From positions 123,938,001-124,002,000 of the forward strand of contig JBNRSN020000005.1 in the NCBI GenBank assembly GCA_051313645.2: a DNA stretch of 64,000 nucleotides, written 5' to 3'. Made by a program: the position numbers and the translations under genes. A model generated the notes under the pieces. The model was not told where the DNA came from and did not search any database. It saw only the letters and a program-made list of their open reading frames with translations. The stretch comes from Centroscyllium fabricii (Eukaryota). Below are positions 11,981 to 22,068 of the stretch, piece by piece. Every line of letters begins with the position of its first letter. Within the stretch, counting starts at the first letter, position 1.

Positions 11981-14049
11981 NAATTTACTGCATATGAAGT
12001 TAGATGCTGGAATGTAGTAGGTGAGAGGTTAGGAGACAGAAGCACACTACAGAACAAACATTAGCTTGCAGTACTGTATACAGTATGGCAGCAGGAAGGG
12101 AAAGATATGTACAACCATCCGCTTTGACCATTGGCGCCACGTTCTAAAGTTCCCCCCAAGCGGCCGTTATACGACCTCTTATCTGTACAATGTCACGGGC
12201 GTGTTCTTTTTTTTTTTTTTTTTTTTGTTGAAACATACAAATAATTCGCACTATATTATCCTGCCAAATTAAAAAAATATACTGTGGCAGCCTGTGTTTT
12301 TTTCCACTACCAAAAAAAGGTACGTTAATACCTTTAAAGAACAAGCAACAGTTAAAAATACAAGCTTCAATATAAATACTATAGTGCCTACACTAGGTGA
12401 ACATTTATTTCAAATAACCATTCTAGAAATACAGAAAAGTAGAGACCATAAATGTGTTCAGCATAGGAATCAACATGTGTGCATTTTCCTATAGTTAAGT
12501 ACTATATATATAATCTTAAACCTTTCCCCAATGCAAGTTTTATACAACCTGAAGAGCTGTGTATCCAAGGCAGAGTATCCACTAACTGTATAACATGTAG
12601 GAGTCTTGACAACCACCAAGACACTGGAACCCTAAAATATAGTTCTCCCTAACTTAATGAAGTGTTTTTAAAAAAAAAATTCTTACCATTTATACTTAAA
12701 AAATCTGTACAAAAATTCTTGCACTGTAGTAGCGAAATTATTTATTCTAAATCGACTGCAGTCCCGTTATCGTCCGCTGAGGAGACGTGTTGTTAAATCG
12801 TGTTGCTTTACATTTTATATTCTTTTTAAATTTAGCCAGGTGCACTATTCTAGGCAATGACTGGCAAATTGACACTAAACAATCAGTTCATTTTTCTTTC
12901 CTTAGTATTTTAGTAAGTTTTTTTTCCCTTAATTATATGTTTGTAAACTGGGAAAATTGTACAGTGCACTTAATTGTCCTATCTGAGCTGTCTTTTATCC
13001 TTTTGTCTTTTTGCTCAGCCTCTGTACCCCTGATTAAAGAAAGGGCATAGAAGTCACAAGCAGAGTCAAGTGCGATTTAAATACAAGCTGGGGGTGGGTG
13101 GGCTGGTACGAGTGTTAATGTATCATCTTTATGTTTATACAACTGCCGTGTGGTGTATGAACCAAGCATGACTTTAGGGATCACAGATGGATGCTGTGAC
13201 ATTAATGGAATTGTCAAGACTTTTTTTTCTTCCTCCTTTGTTACTTTCATTTTGCTTAAATATTGAGAATTGGTTAACTCACTGGTAGCCCAAACTATCA
13301 GGTGCATGATGTGGAATCATCACTTGGGGCAACACAAACCCAAGGCTACTCCTCCAGTACCTAACTGAAGAACAGAAAGAAAACCAATGCAGTTTAAATA
13401 GATTCAAGGCACTCAGATTATTCTTTTTCCTTTAACCAAACAATAGTATTCACCCAATCACCATCATCAATTTTTTTTTGCTTCTCCAAAAGTCAAGGCC
13501 AGCAATTGTTCTTATGTTCTAATTTAATATATTAACCCATTGAGGACAGATTTTTCTTTTGGGAAAAAAGATGGCTTTAACAGTGCGAATTCTAGCCTGT
13601 CCATAGAGGGTTAAACAAAGGAATAAATTGGGGGAGGGGTTCCCCCATTTTTGTTTTCCCTCTATATGTTACAACCTAAGCTGTACATGATATGTGTTAC
13701 AGGACACTATGCAGCATGGTAGTCTTCTTTCAAAAACAAAAAAAAGGACAGAGAAGGGTAGTTACTCCACACCAACTGAGGACAGAAGTAAAATTGCCGA
13801 ACATACCATACATGCTGTCTAAAAGAAAAAAAAACAATAACATACACAACACGTAAATTATTGCACAAGAGAAAGGCTCGAGTTTGCGTAAATGCAATAG
13901 TATTGCCCCGATACAAATCATGCATTCATCAGTGACATTAAACCAGTCGTGCTGGCATCAAGCACATGTTCCTTACGTCCTCAGCTTCCACTTCGTTTTG
14001 ATCACAAGAGAATAGAAAAAAGCTATAGGGAACTTGAGCATCAATACAC

Positions 14050-16064
14050 CTAATCAGTTTTTATATCATTATTTAACAAGCGCTCACTGTGCCATTTTTT
14101 CATGTGTTTCTCGAGGGTACTATACACGCTAAAAGGCATCTGACAAATTTCACATTTGTAAACGTCTTTCCCCACCTGACCGTGCGTTTTCATGTGTCGC
14201 GTGAGCTTGCTACTCTGGGCACAGGCGTAGTTGCACAGGTCACATTTGTACGGTCTCTCGCCCGTGTGGCTTCTCCGGTGGACCGTGAGATTGCTGCAGT
14301 TCTTGAAGATTTTGCCGCAAAATTCGCACGTGTCACTTCGCTTGCCCTCTTTGGAGCTGGGCCGGCCAGGACCGGGTCCAGTGATGTGGGGCGTGCTCCC
14401 ACCACTTCCTGTGCCACTCCGACCTGAGATCCCACCGTCCATTTCTCCTGGAGGAGTGGAAAAGCGTAAACTTCCATTTTCTGAAGAGTGCTCTGATGAA
14501 GTAGCAAAAGGCGATTGTCTGGAGTCTCCAAAGCTGAGGAATGGGTCTTTCATCTGTCGTGAGGCAGCATAACCAGCAAGCCACTGTGAGTAAACGTTGT
14601 CTGTGGGAGCCAAAGGTGCTGATGGCAGGTCAAAGTCTTTCTCAAGTTTAATGCGTTTGGAAAAAGGGCTGAGGGAAGTCGGGCTTCCCAATATAGGCTT
14701 CTTGGATAAGCCCCCAGAGGCCGATTCACCTGGAGAGGAACCTCTACCGTTGACTGTACCATCATCTGTGCGATCAGATTCACCAGCAACCGAGTCTTCA
14801 TCATAAGTGTCTCTGTGAACTTCTGTTTCAGAGTGTTGAGTCCGCTTGTGTTTTTCAACAAGGGCTTGGTGAAAGGCCTCACCATAGTGCTGAATTGTAT
14901 TCATGGCAATGCTGTGCATCACTTCAGGCAGAGACCTCTTCTCCTCTACAGGCCTCGAGCTGTTCTCATGGTGACGCCCACCCTCTAGACTGACACCAAA
15001 GGCAAAATCAGGCCTATTTTCATTTTCAGGCTCCTCTTCCTCCTCCTCCTCCTCCTCCTCCTCCTCTTCCTCTTCCTCCTCTTCCTCTTCCTCCTCATCT
15101 CCGTTTTCTGGAATCATGTTGGCGTCAGTCTCACTCTTGTACTTGGCTACGACAGACTTGAGGGCACTGCTGGCACTGCCAACAAGGTCACTGGTACCAG
15201 GTTCAGGAGAGCTTGCGGTGGAAAGCCCATCGTCTGACTTGACAGTCATGGGGGAGGACTTGTGCAAATGTGTTTTCATGTGCCTCTTTAACTTGCTGGC
15301 CTGAGTGCAGGCGTGATCACAAAGGTGGCACTTGTATGGTTTTTCACCGGTGTGGCTTCGGCGGTGCACTATCAAGTTGCTCTGAAACTTAAATGTTTTC
15401 CCACAGAATTCACAGGACTTGGACTTGAGCACAGGAGGGGCAGGTGGTGCTGCGGGCTGCAGGGGTGGGAGGGGCGGTGTGCTGAGAAATGGGGATTTGT
15501 TGCTGGATTGGAATGGTTGCAATAGCCTTTGCATAGGACTAGGCCGGTTCGGTGACAATGGAGGAGTGGAGGTGTTGCCAGCCAACTCTCTAAGTCTCCT
15601 GGAGAAATCCATGGATGGTGGCTCTATAGGTATGGAGTTAAGACGCAGTACCCGGTCAAAGGCACTGGTGTGATGTGCTGCCGCCATAGCTATCTCCTCG
15701 GCACTCAGCCGATCCATTCGATGCGGGTCGAGGTGATGCCGGGGTGGAGGGCTAAACAACGGAGGTGTAGGGGGAAAGCGGCCTTCTCCAAGTCCTGGAG
15801 TTTCCCGGGAGACAGGCCCAGACATTCTCAGCAGGTTGAAAGGACTATTGTCTGCTACGTGAAGTCCATGAAGAGGGGGCTGAGGGGCACAGTCTGCCCC
15901 AAGTCCTGAAGGAATGCCAACCCGTGGGGTCAAGGGACTTCCATGCTCAGTCTCCAAATAAATTCGGAATCCATGGGTGTTCTGGGCATGTTGGAGGAGA
16001 AACCATGCACTGTTGAATGGCTGTTTGCAAGTTGTGCAAGTGTAACTGCTCGGCTCAGCCTTTC
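14050..16064 (-). CDS. BCL11A: BCL11A (CTIP1) terminal coding exon, equivalent to human exon 4 of the XL isoform; phase-1 start
   Basis: Starts (G)[30 protein letters not shown]; fingers [42 protein letters not shown] and a C-terminal triple finger; IKLE SUMO motif, YSQWLAGY motif; ends LLNNDIKTD*, closer to BCL11A than BCL11B. The first ~22 aa of the ORF-track protein are intronic. Confidence 0.95.
15031..15096 (-). repeat. BCL11A: (GAG/GAA)22 poly-glutamate tract in BCL11A
   Basis: 66 nt of ctc/ttc triplets in frame. Confidence 0.95.
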
Positions 16065-16085
16065 CTGCAAGAGAAAACAAACAAT
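16065..16085 (-). promoter_or_regulatory. BCL11A: Splice acceptor of the BCL11A terminal exon
   Basis: Minus strand ttgtttgttttctcttgcAG|GAAAGGCT, at the position where BCL11A homology begins. Confidence 0.9.
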
Positions 16086-16619
16086 GCCAGCATGAAGATG
16101 ACTGAATACCAGGCTCAACTGCTATTTTCAAACATTTATTTAAAAGAAAAAGTGTTATAGAAACTGACTACTCAAATTTAATGGAAAATTAAAAAGCATC
16201 ATGAACAAAGTCAAAATGGTTTAATTTCGCACCATTTAAAATGACTGAACATTTCTTGTTTATCTGGTCAAACTGCTCAGTCACTGCTCACCTACTTAAG
16301 TTGCCTAGGTTGCAATAGTAATTTTTTTCTCCCTGCTAGGTAAATAAAGTCACTACAGACCAACAATTAATCCTTTTTTATAAATTTGCTATCCATCTTT
16401 TTTAGGGCTGTGCACAAATTTCTAAAATGTAAATCAGACACCAAAACAGTCCAATTTCTCCAGTAAGATTCAGGATATGGAGACAACGGTTAATAAGGCT
16501 TTTAACAGCAGTAAATTAAACTCCTGAACGCAAGCCATGATCATAACCCCCTACACCATCTATGCAAACCTATCCTGTCCTGCCCATTTTTGGAGTTGAC
16601 AGAAGATGGAACTTAGCTA

Positions 16620-16912
16620 TTTGACATTGTGTCTCCTCCCCTCTGAAGGCAGTGGCACATGCTGTACAGGCACTGGTCACCCTCCAGGGCCTCATCCAGC
16701 TGGCCATTCCTCATGTACAAGTCTAGGCAGTAAGTGCTGACTGGAACTCTGATCAACTTTCACCTCCCTTAACCCAGAGCTGCTGAGACCTACGGCGGCA
16801 TCCCCACTACTGCCCACCTGAGATCAGTCAACTCGGCACAGATCAGGTATTGAACCTGGGATCTGCGTGGCTGAGTCGCAGAATATCATTACCAATGGAG
16901 CCATTGGGGAGC
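16620..16912 (-). mobile_element. Old tRNA-derived SINE, same family as 8100-8600
   Basis: Minus strand cagctcccccaatggctc..ccaggttcaatacc..gccgagttgactgatctcagg. Confidence 0.55.
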
Positions 16913-17364
16913 TGAGTATCTATTTCTTATTGAAATAATTAAACTATTGACAGGAACTGTAAGAGGATTACTTTACACAGAATGAGCAAATCCCTTACCC
17001 ATAAATCTGAAGAGGAAAACAGTGTCAGTCAGGGTGACCTGGCTAATATGCAAGCAGAGTGCTCTAATCAAAGGAAGAAATAGCTGCACAATAAATAGAA
17101 GAGTATATGACAGAAAATTACATCCCATGACAAATGTAGGCACCAAAATTACACTATGTGACACTAGCGATGAAAGCTTAATGTATTTGAAATTTCTCGC
17201 CCTGCTATTTTAATGGGAGCATTAACCCATTTATTGGAGATTTGATTGAGGTCTCCAAAATAATGAAAGGATTAGATTCAGTCCCTGTAGATTGGCTATT
17301 CAGGCTAGATAGGTTGCGGCAAGCCAGGGGACACGAGTATAAGTAGCGTCACCACAGAACTAGG

Positions 17365-17745
17365 TTAGATGTCAGGAGGTCCTTTCTTTTGCAGAGTCAG
17401 CAACCCCTGAAACAAGTTGCCAGCACGTGCTGGGAGTGCTGCAGGTATTCGAAAGGGAAAGCACCTGATCTGTGCGTAGTTGTCTGATCCCAAGTGTGGC
17501 CAACATAACCTCATAGAAGGTAGGTGGCATTGGGGAAGGTGTCTCCCAGTCACTGGGCTCTCCTGGAACATGTTTGATTTTCTTCAGGAGTTTCCCCAGT
17601 TTTCCCCCCCCTAAATTTGGCCTATTGTTTTTTACCTCTCCCAGGAGAATGGTAATGATGGTGTGCAGAAGTTAGACCATGACCGTATAGGACAGGCTCA
17701 ATGGACCAGTTGGTCTTTTCCAGTCCTTTGTTTTCAGATGTTTGT
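17365..17745 (+). mobile_element. Old CR1 3' end
   Basis: gttagatgtcaggagg..ttcttt..cagagtcagcaacc..aacaagttgcc (degraded CR1 C-terminus) and tail ggacaggctcaatggaccag..ggtcttttcc. Confidence 0.55.
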
Positions 17746-19010
17746 AAAATAAATTAAGTGTTTGGTAGTATCCCACGGTGCAATTTTATGGCCACAGTTT
17801 CTCTTTAAAAGTAGGCTGGCTCCCAATATGACATCAGCCCTTTAAACTGCAGTGATCGCTGATTTGGAACTTATCAGCATCTGAATAAATCGTAAATTAA
17901 CTTGCATCTGATCTTCCGGATTAAAATTAGAATATAGAACTAAAAATATCAACATCAATTTGAATTAATTTCTATAAAACGTCAGTTAAAATCCTTTGTG
18001 ATTCCCCAGATAAATATTTTCTAGCAATAAGATGGTTCCAATAGATGATAGCAGAGGCAGACATGTCTGTCTGGGCGAAACATCTCTATCTGCCATTCAT
18101 TTTAATGTTTCCTATTAAATGTGGCTATGACCTATATTTTATACTGCTTTAGTGAATCCCTCAGATTATTTTATTTCTTTGGGTCAGATATTAATAAAAT
18201 ATATCTGGGTTGGAACTACCATAATCAGAGGCACTGTGGCAAAATGGTTGAATAGGAATCTCTTTTTTGAAGCTTACAGGTGGAAAATGAACACTTAGCA
18301 CAAATACTTGTATTGTACAGGTATATGTTTCTGATATGTTCATTCTGCATCCTTTTCATAGCTTTTAAACTGCCTGGAAAGATATTTAAAAAGTAGGATT
18401 TACTAAAAGATTCAAATGTAACTTGTGCCAATTGGTGGTAAAGTTTTCAGCCACCTTGGCTCCCTTTTTTGAACTCCCGCCCTAAACCCCTCCACTTTTC
18501 TCTCTACCTTTAAAAACCTTCTCAAAATCCATTTCTCACCAATCTTTTGAACCCCCACCATAAAGGTGTTGTAAATGGGTGTCTGCTCATTATATACATT
18601 TCATATGAGCACCATTATCATGCGGCTTATGACGTCTAAATCTGCGCTGGACTATTTTCCGAGACATGCTATATGATTCCATATAGGGACCAAATGAATG
18701 GAACTGAAAACAGAGTGTGTTAACTGCAGCACTACAACTACAGAGCGCAAACTGACTGACCCCCGCAAATAGAGTGCATAACTCAATCTCCAGCTAGGAG
18801 AGGCAGAGCATCCAGACTCGCCCAAACCCGCACCATGACGTGCCTTGTCCTCAATCTCCATCACTGACGCAAAGCTTCTGGTTTAGAATATACTGTAGTG
18901 TATTTAAAACATACACAAGATTTACAGTTCACATTGAAAGACCCTTAGTCCATATGTAATGCCTCCAATCATGAACATTGACTGTAGTGCAACAGCAACT
19001 GATCATAACA

Positions 19011-19483
19011 CAGGTTGAGCACCGGTAATCTGGCACCCGATGGTCAGGCACAAATCGAAACCGGCGGTCTTCAGTTTGCGGAGCAACCGCTCAGCGGCGG
19101 CACCGTTTCCCGCGATGGGTGGGCGAGCGCCGAAGGCGTCGGGCGTTTGGGTTTCTGCTTTTTAGTGTTCTATCCCCCGGGGAGTGTTCTACCCACGCGT
19201 TCCGGGGAGTGTTCTACTGCGCGCTCCGGGCCCCGGGGAGTGTTCTACCCGCGCGCTCCAGGCCCCGGGGAGTGTTCTACTGCGTGCTCCGGGCCCCAGG
19301 GGGTGTTCTACCCGCGCGCTCCAGGCCCCGGGGAGTGTTCTACCCGCACGCTCCGGCGAGTGTTCTACCTGCGCGCTCCAGGCCCCGGGGAGTGTTCCAC
19401 CCCGAACCTTTAGTGGTTCGGAATTTTCATTGGTCTGGCACCGGCCTGGTCCCGAGGGTGCCGGATTACCGGTGCTCAACCTG
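19011..19483. mobile_element. Tc1/mariner (Tigger-like) MITE with internal ~32 bp GC-rich tandem array
   Basis: TIRs caggttgagcaccggtaatc / gattaccggtgctcaacctg, TA on right flank; units ccccggggagtgttctacccgcgcgctccagg at ~19165-19400. Confidence 0.85.
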
Positions 19484-20733
19484 TACTGGTCAACCCACAT
19501 TGGACTAGTGTGGCTTTAGTAATGCAAAATAATTTTAGATTTTATTATTAGTTATTTTTTTGCTCTAGTTATGAAATATTTTAATTGATTTTTTCCATTA
19601 TTAGTTAATAAAAAATGCAATCTACACTGAATATACACTAACAAACTGTGAGCATGATAAATACACTGGACCATGCAAATAATGACCATTAGAAGACAGT
19701 AAATGCTGTCGTTGGAACCAGCGCAAGTACCTTGGGTAAAGATTCCAATGGTCGGACGGGGATAAAATTCCTTTGGGCCTGTTGGATGCAGGGCGCACCT
19801 AATTACTTGGGCACAATTAGGGAGGAGCAATTGGTGTGGGGCCCTCATTATCATTAAATCGGTGGGCTGCCAGTGCTACTAGCACTATTGACTGGCAGCT
19901 TGCCTAATGTGGGGTGGGAATATCGGGCATCCCTGATGGTATTTAAAGGCAGCCTGCATCTCAGGGTTAAGTGGACTTTGGCTGCAAGCAACTAGAAGGC
20001 AACTGCAGAACATGGCAAGTCAACGAGTAGCTTCAAGGGCCCCAGGCATCTCAGATGCAGCATTGGAGTGGAGGAGGTCAGCAAGGTGAGGGATGTCCTC
20101 GACCCACCAGGCAACAGGAAGATATCCCACCAAACTACCTGGAAGAAGTGGGCACAGGTGGCAGAGTAGGTCAGTGCCAGGACAACCACCCACTGCTCTG
20201 GCTGCAATGCAGGAAATAGTTTAATGACCTGGTCAAGGTAGCAAAGGTAAGACTTTTAACTCTCATTCTCTGCATAACCCTGCACTACCTGAAGACTCGG
20301 CACTCACCCCTTTCCTCCACCGATTACCAGCACTCTCCTCCATTCACTGCAGCATACTTCACCCCTTCTGCTCCTAATGCCACACTCAGCCCATCCTACT
20401 CTCATCGTTGCTGCCTTCAGAGCCCCACACTTCAGTCACCCTTCACATACCAGCACCACTATTCCAACTTGACATGCACATCCTCAAAGCATCTTACTCG
20501 GCCACCACTAACACTCTCCCTTCTTTCTTGCAGGACAAGCTCACGAGCGAAAGCAGGGAAGAGGCGAGGTTAGGAGGGTGGTGTCTATTCAGTTGAGGAC
20601 GACCTCATACAGATTGTGGGCATGGGATGGGTCAGGGGTGTGGTGAGTGGCAATGTTGGCGGACGCATCCTGCAGGGTTCTTTGCAATCTTACACTCTGT
20701 CCTTTCTCACTGAAATATCACCCTCCCACACTA

Positions 20734-21330
20734 TGGGGGGGATTTTCATGCCCCCGTGAGTCAGGGTTTTCGGCGGGTCGGCCAGCAAAATAGCGGAACC
20801 GGTGGGTCGCGACCTCCCGCAGGATCCCCGCCGCTTTGACATTTTTCCCCGCCCCGAAACCTTCCCGCCAGCGGGGATGGTTTGTCAGTTCATTAAGGGC
20901 CCTTAATTGGCATGTGTAATGCCATTTTAAGGGCCCTTAGGAATTTTCACTCCCTTCCCACCCTAACCCCGCCATCCTAAAACCCCGCTGGTGAAAACCC
21001 AGTGGGAGCACAGTGGTCTTTATAACTTTCTCCTCCAAGGTGTTGAAGGACCTGGAGCAAAATGCTTCCCAAGCCTTCAACACCTTGGAGGAGTAAGTCA
21101 CTCCATTGGGTCAAGACAAGCTGTGAGCAAAAACTTCTAAATCTTACCTTTCCAGATTTGCTGACAGCCGGTGGCTAGCTGTCAAAAATTCGGATCCCGC
21201 CCGCCCACCTGTCAGTCACCAGCACGTGGCCTTTCCCATTGGCGCCACTCCACTGTGATGTCACAGTGGAGTGTTTCCATGGGAACTGTCAACAACCAGT
21301 GCTGGAACTGTCTGTCAAGCTCCTCGCAGC
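20734..21330. mobile_element. Nested Harbinger-like non-autonomous fragment with internal hairpins
   Basis: Left end gggggggattttca..gggttttcggcgggtcgg..cattaagggcccttaattggca is the reverse complement of 39490-39778; right boundary uncertain. Confidence 0.6.
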
Positions 21331-21937
21331 CCGCCAATCATGGAGCAAGTGGTCGCTCTATGAACACTGGAGTGGGGCCCACAACGATGTGACAGCTCAG
21401 AGTTTTGCCAAGAGCTCAGACTGCTGGCATCAAAGCTCTGGGGGCTAGCATGTCCTCAGGCTTTCAATCCATGAAGGAGAGCGTGGATAGGAGTTTTGGG
21501 AGTATGAATAAGGGCTTCCAGAGCATCACAACATTCCTTAATGAAGAGTACAAGGAGTGTAGAAGCATAGCCCTATGACCGTGGCATTGACTCCATGGGA
21601 GAGATACGCTGTCCTCAGCCCTATGACAGTGATATTGGCTCCATGGGAGAGACACACTGTCCTCTCAGGATGACAGCACACCTGCTCCCCTGCCAGAGTC
21701 TGACCCAGTGCACTTGTTGGTTCCACACTGTCAGCTGGCCCAGACTGTCCCAGCTAATGCTGAAACACAGCAGACTGCATCCAGGCCCTCAAAGGCCAGA
21801 GCTGCTCGAGGTCGCTCACCACGGCCAACTTAAGTGCCCTCAGTGGATGATCAACAACCGTCCATCTTCCAGGCTCCAGTGACAGGCAAGCGTCCTGATA
21901 GGAACACTAGAATGGTAAATTAGCACCGAGGGCAGGA

Positions 21938-22068
21938 ACATGGGTTCAGGCGGGATGGAGAGTGAAAGTAGATTTGAGGTTAAGATCAGATCAGCCATGA
22001 TCTTGATGAATGGCGGAGCAGGCTCGAGGGGCCGATTGGCCTACTCCTGCTTCTATTTCTTATATTCT
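21938..22068 (+). mobile_element. 3' fragment of the element family at 1-198
   Basis: catgggttcaggcgggatggagagtgaaagtagatttgaggtt..cctactcctgcttctatttcttat. Confidence 0.75.

Larger units (their letters stand above)
11505..14049 (-). other. BCL11A: BCL11A 3'UTR (~2.5 kb, contains an assembly gap)
   Basis: Follows the TAG stop, free of transposons; blocks such as gaatgcatgatttgtatcggggcaatactattgcatttacgcaaac and gtttggatgaccaaaggtcattacaacctggc resemble the human 3'UTR as recalled. Confidence 0.8.

Noticed and set aside
12120-12135. TGACCA (BCL11A's own motif) as an autoregulatory site
   Set aside because: A 6-mer expected many times by chance.
14089-15909. Overlapping short ORFs across the BCL11A exon
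   Set aside because: Shadow ORFs of a GC-rich coding exon.
16065-16131. N-terminal MKIAVEPG.. of the 693-aa ORF
   Set aside because: Upstream of a clear splice acceptor; intronic, non-ATG start.
18652-18864. Candidate BCL11A exon 3
   Set aside because: No similarity to recalled human exon 3 peptide and no convincing splice sites.
21568-21668. 48-bp tandem duplication
   Set aside because: Simple local duplication inside a dead transposon.
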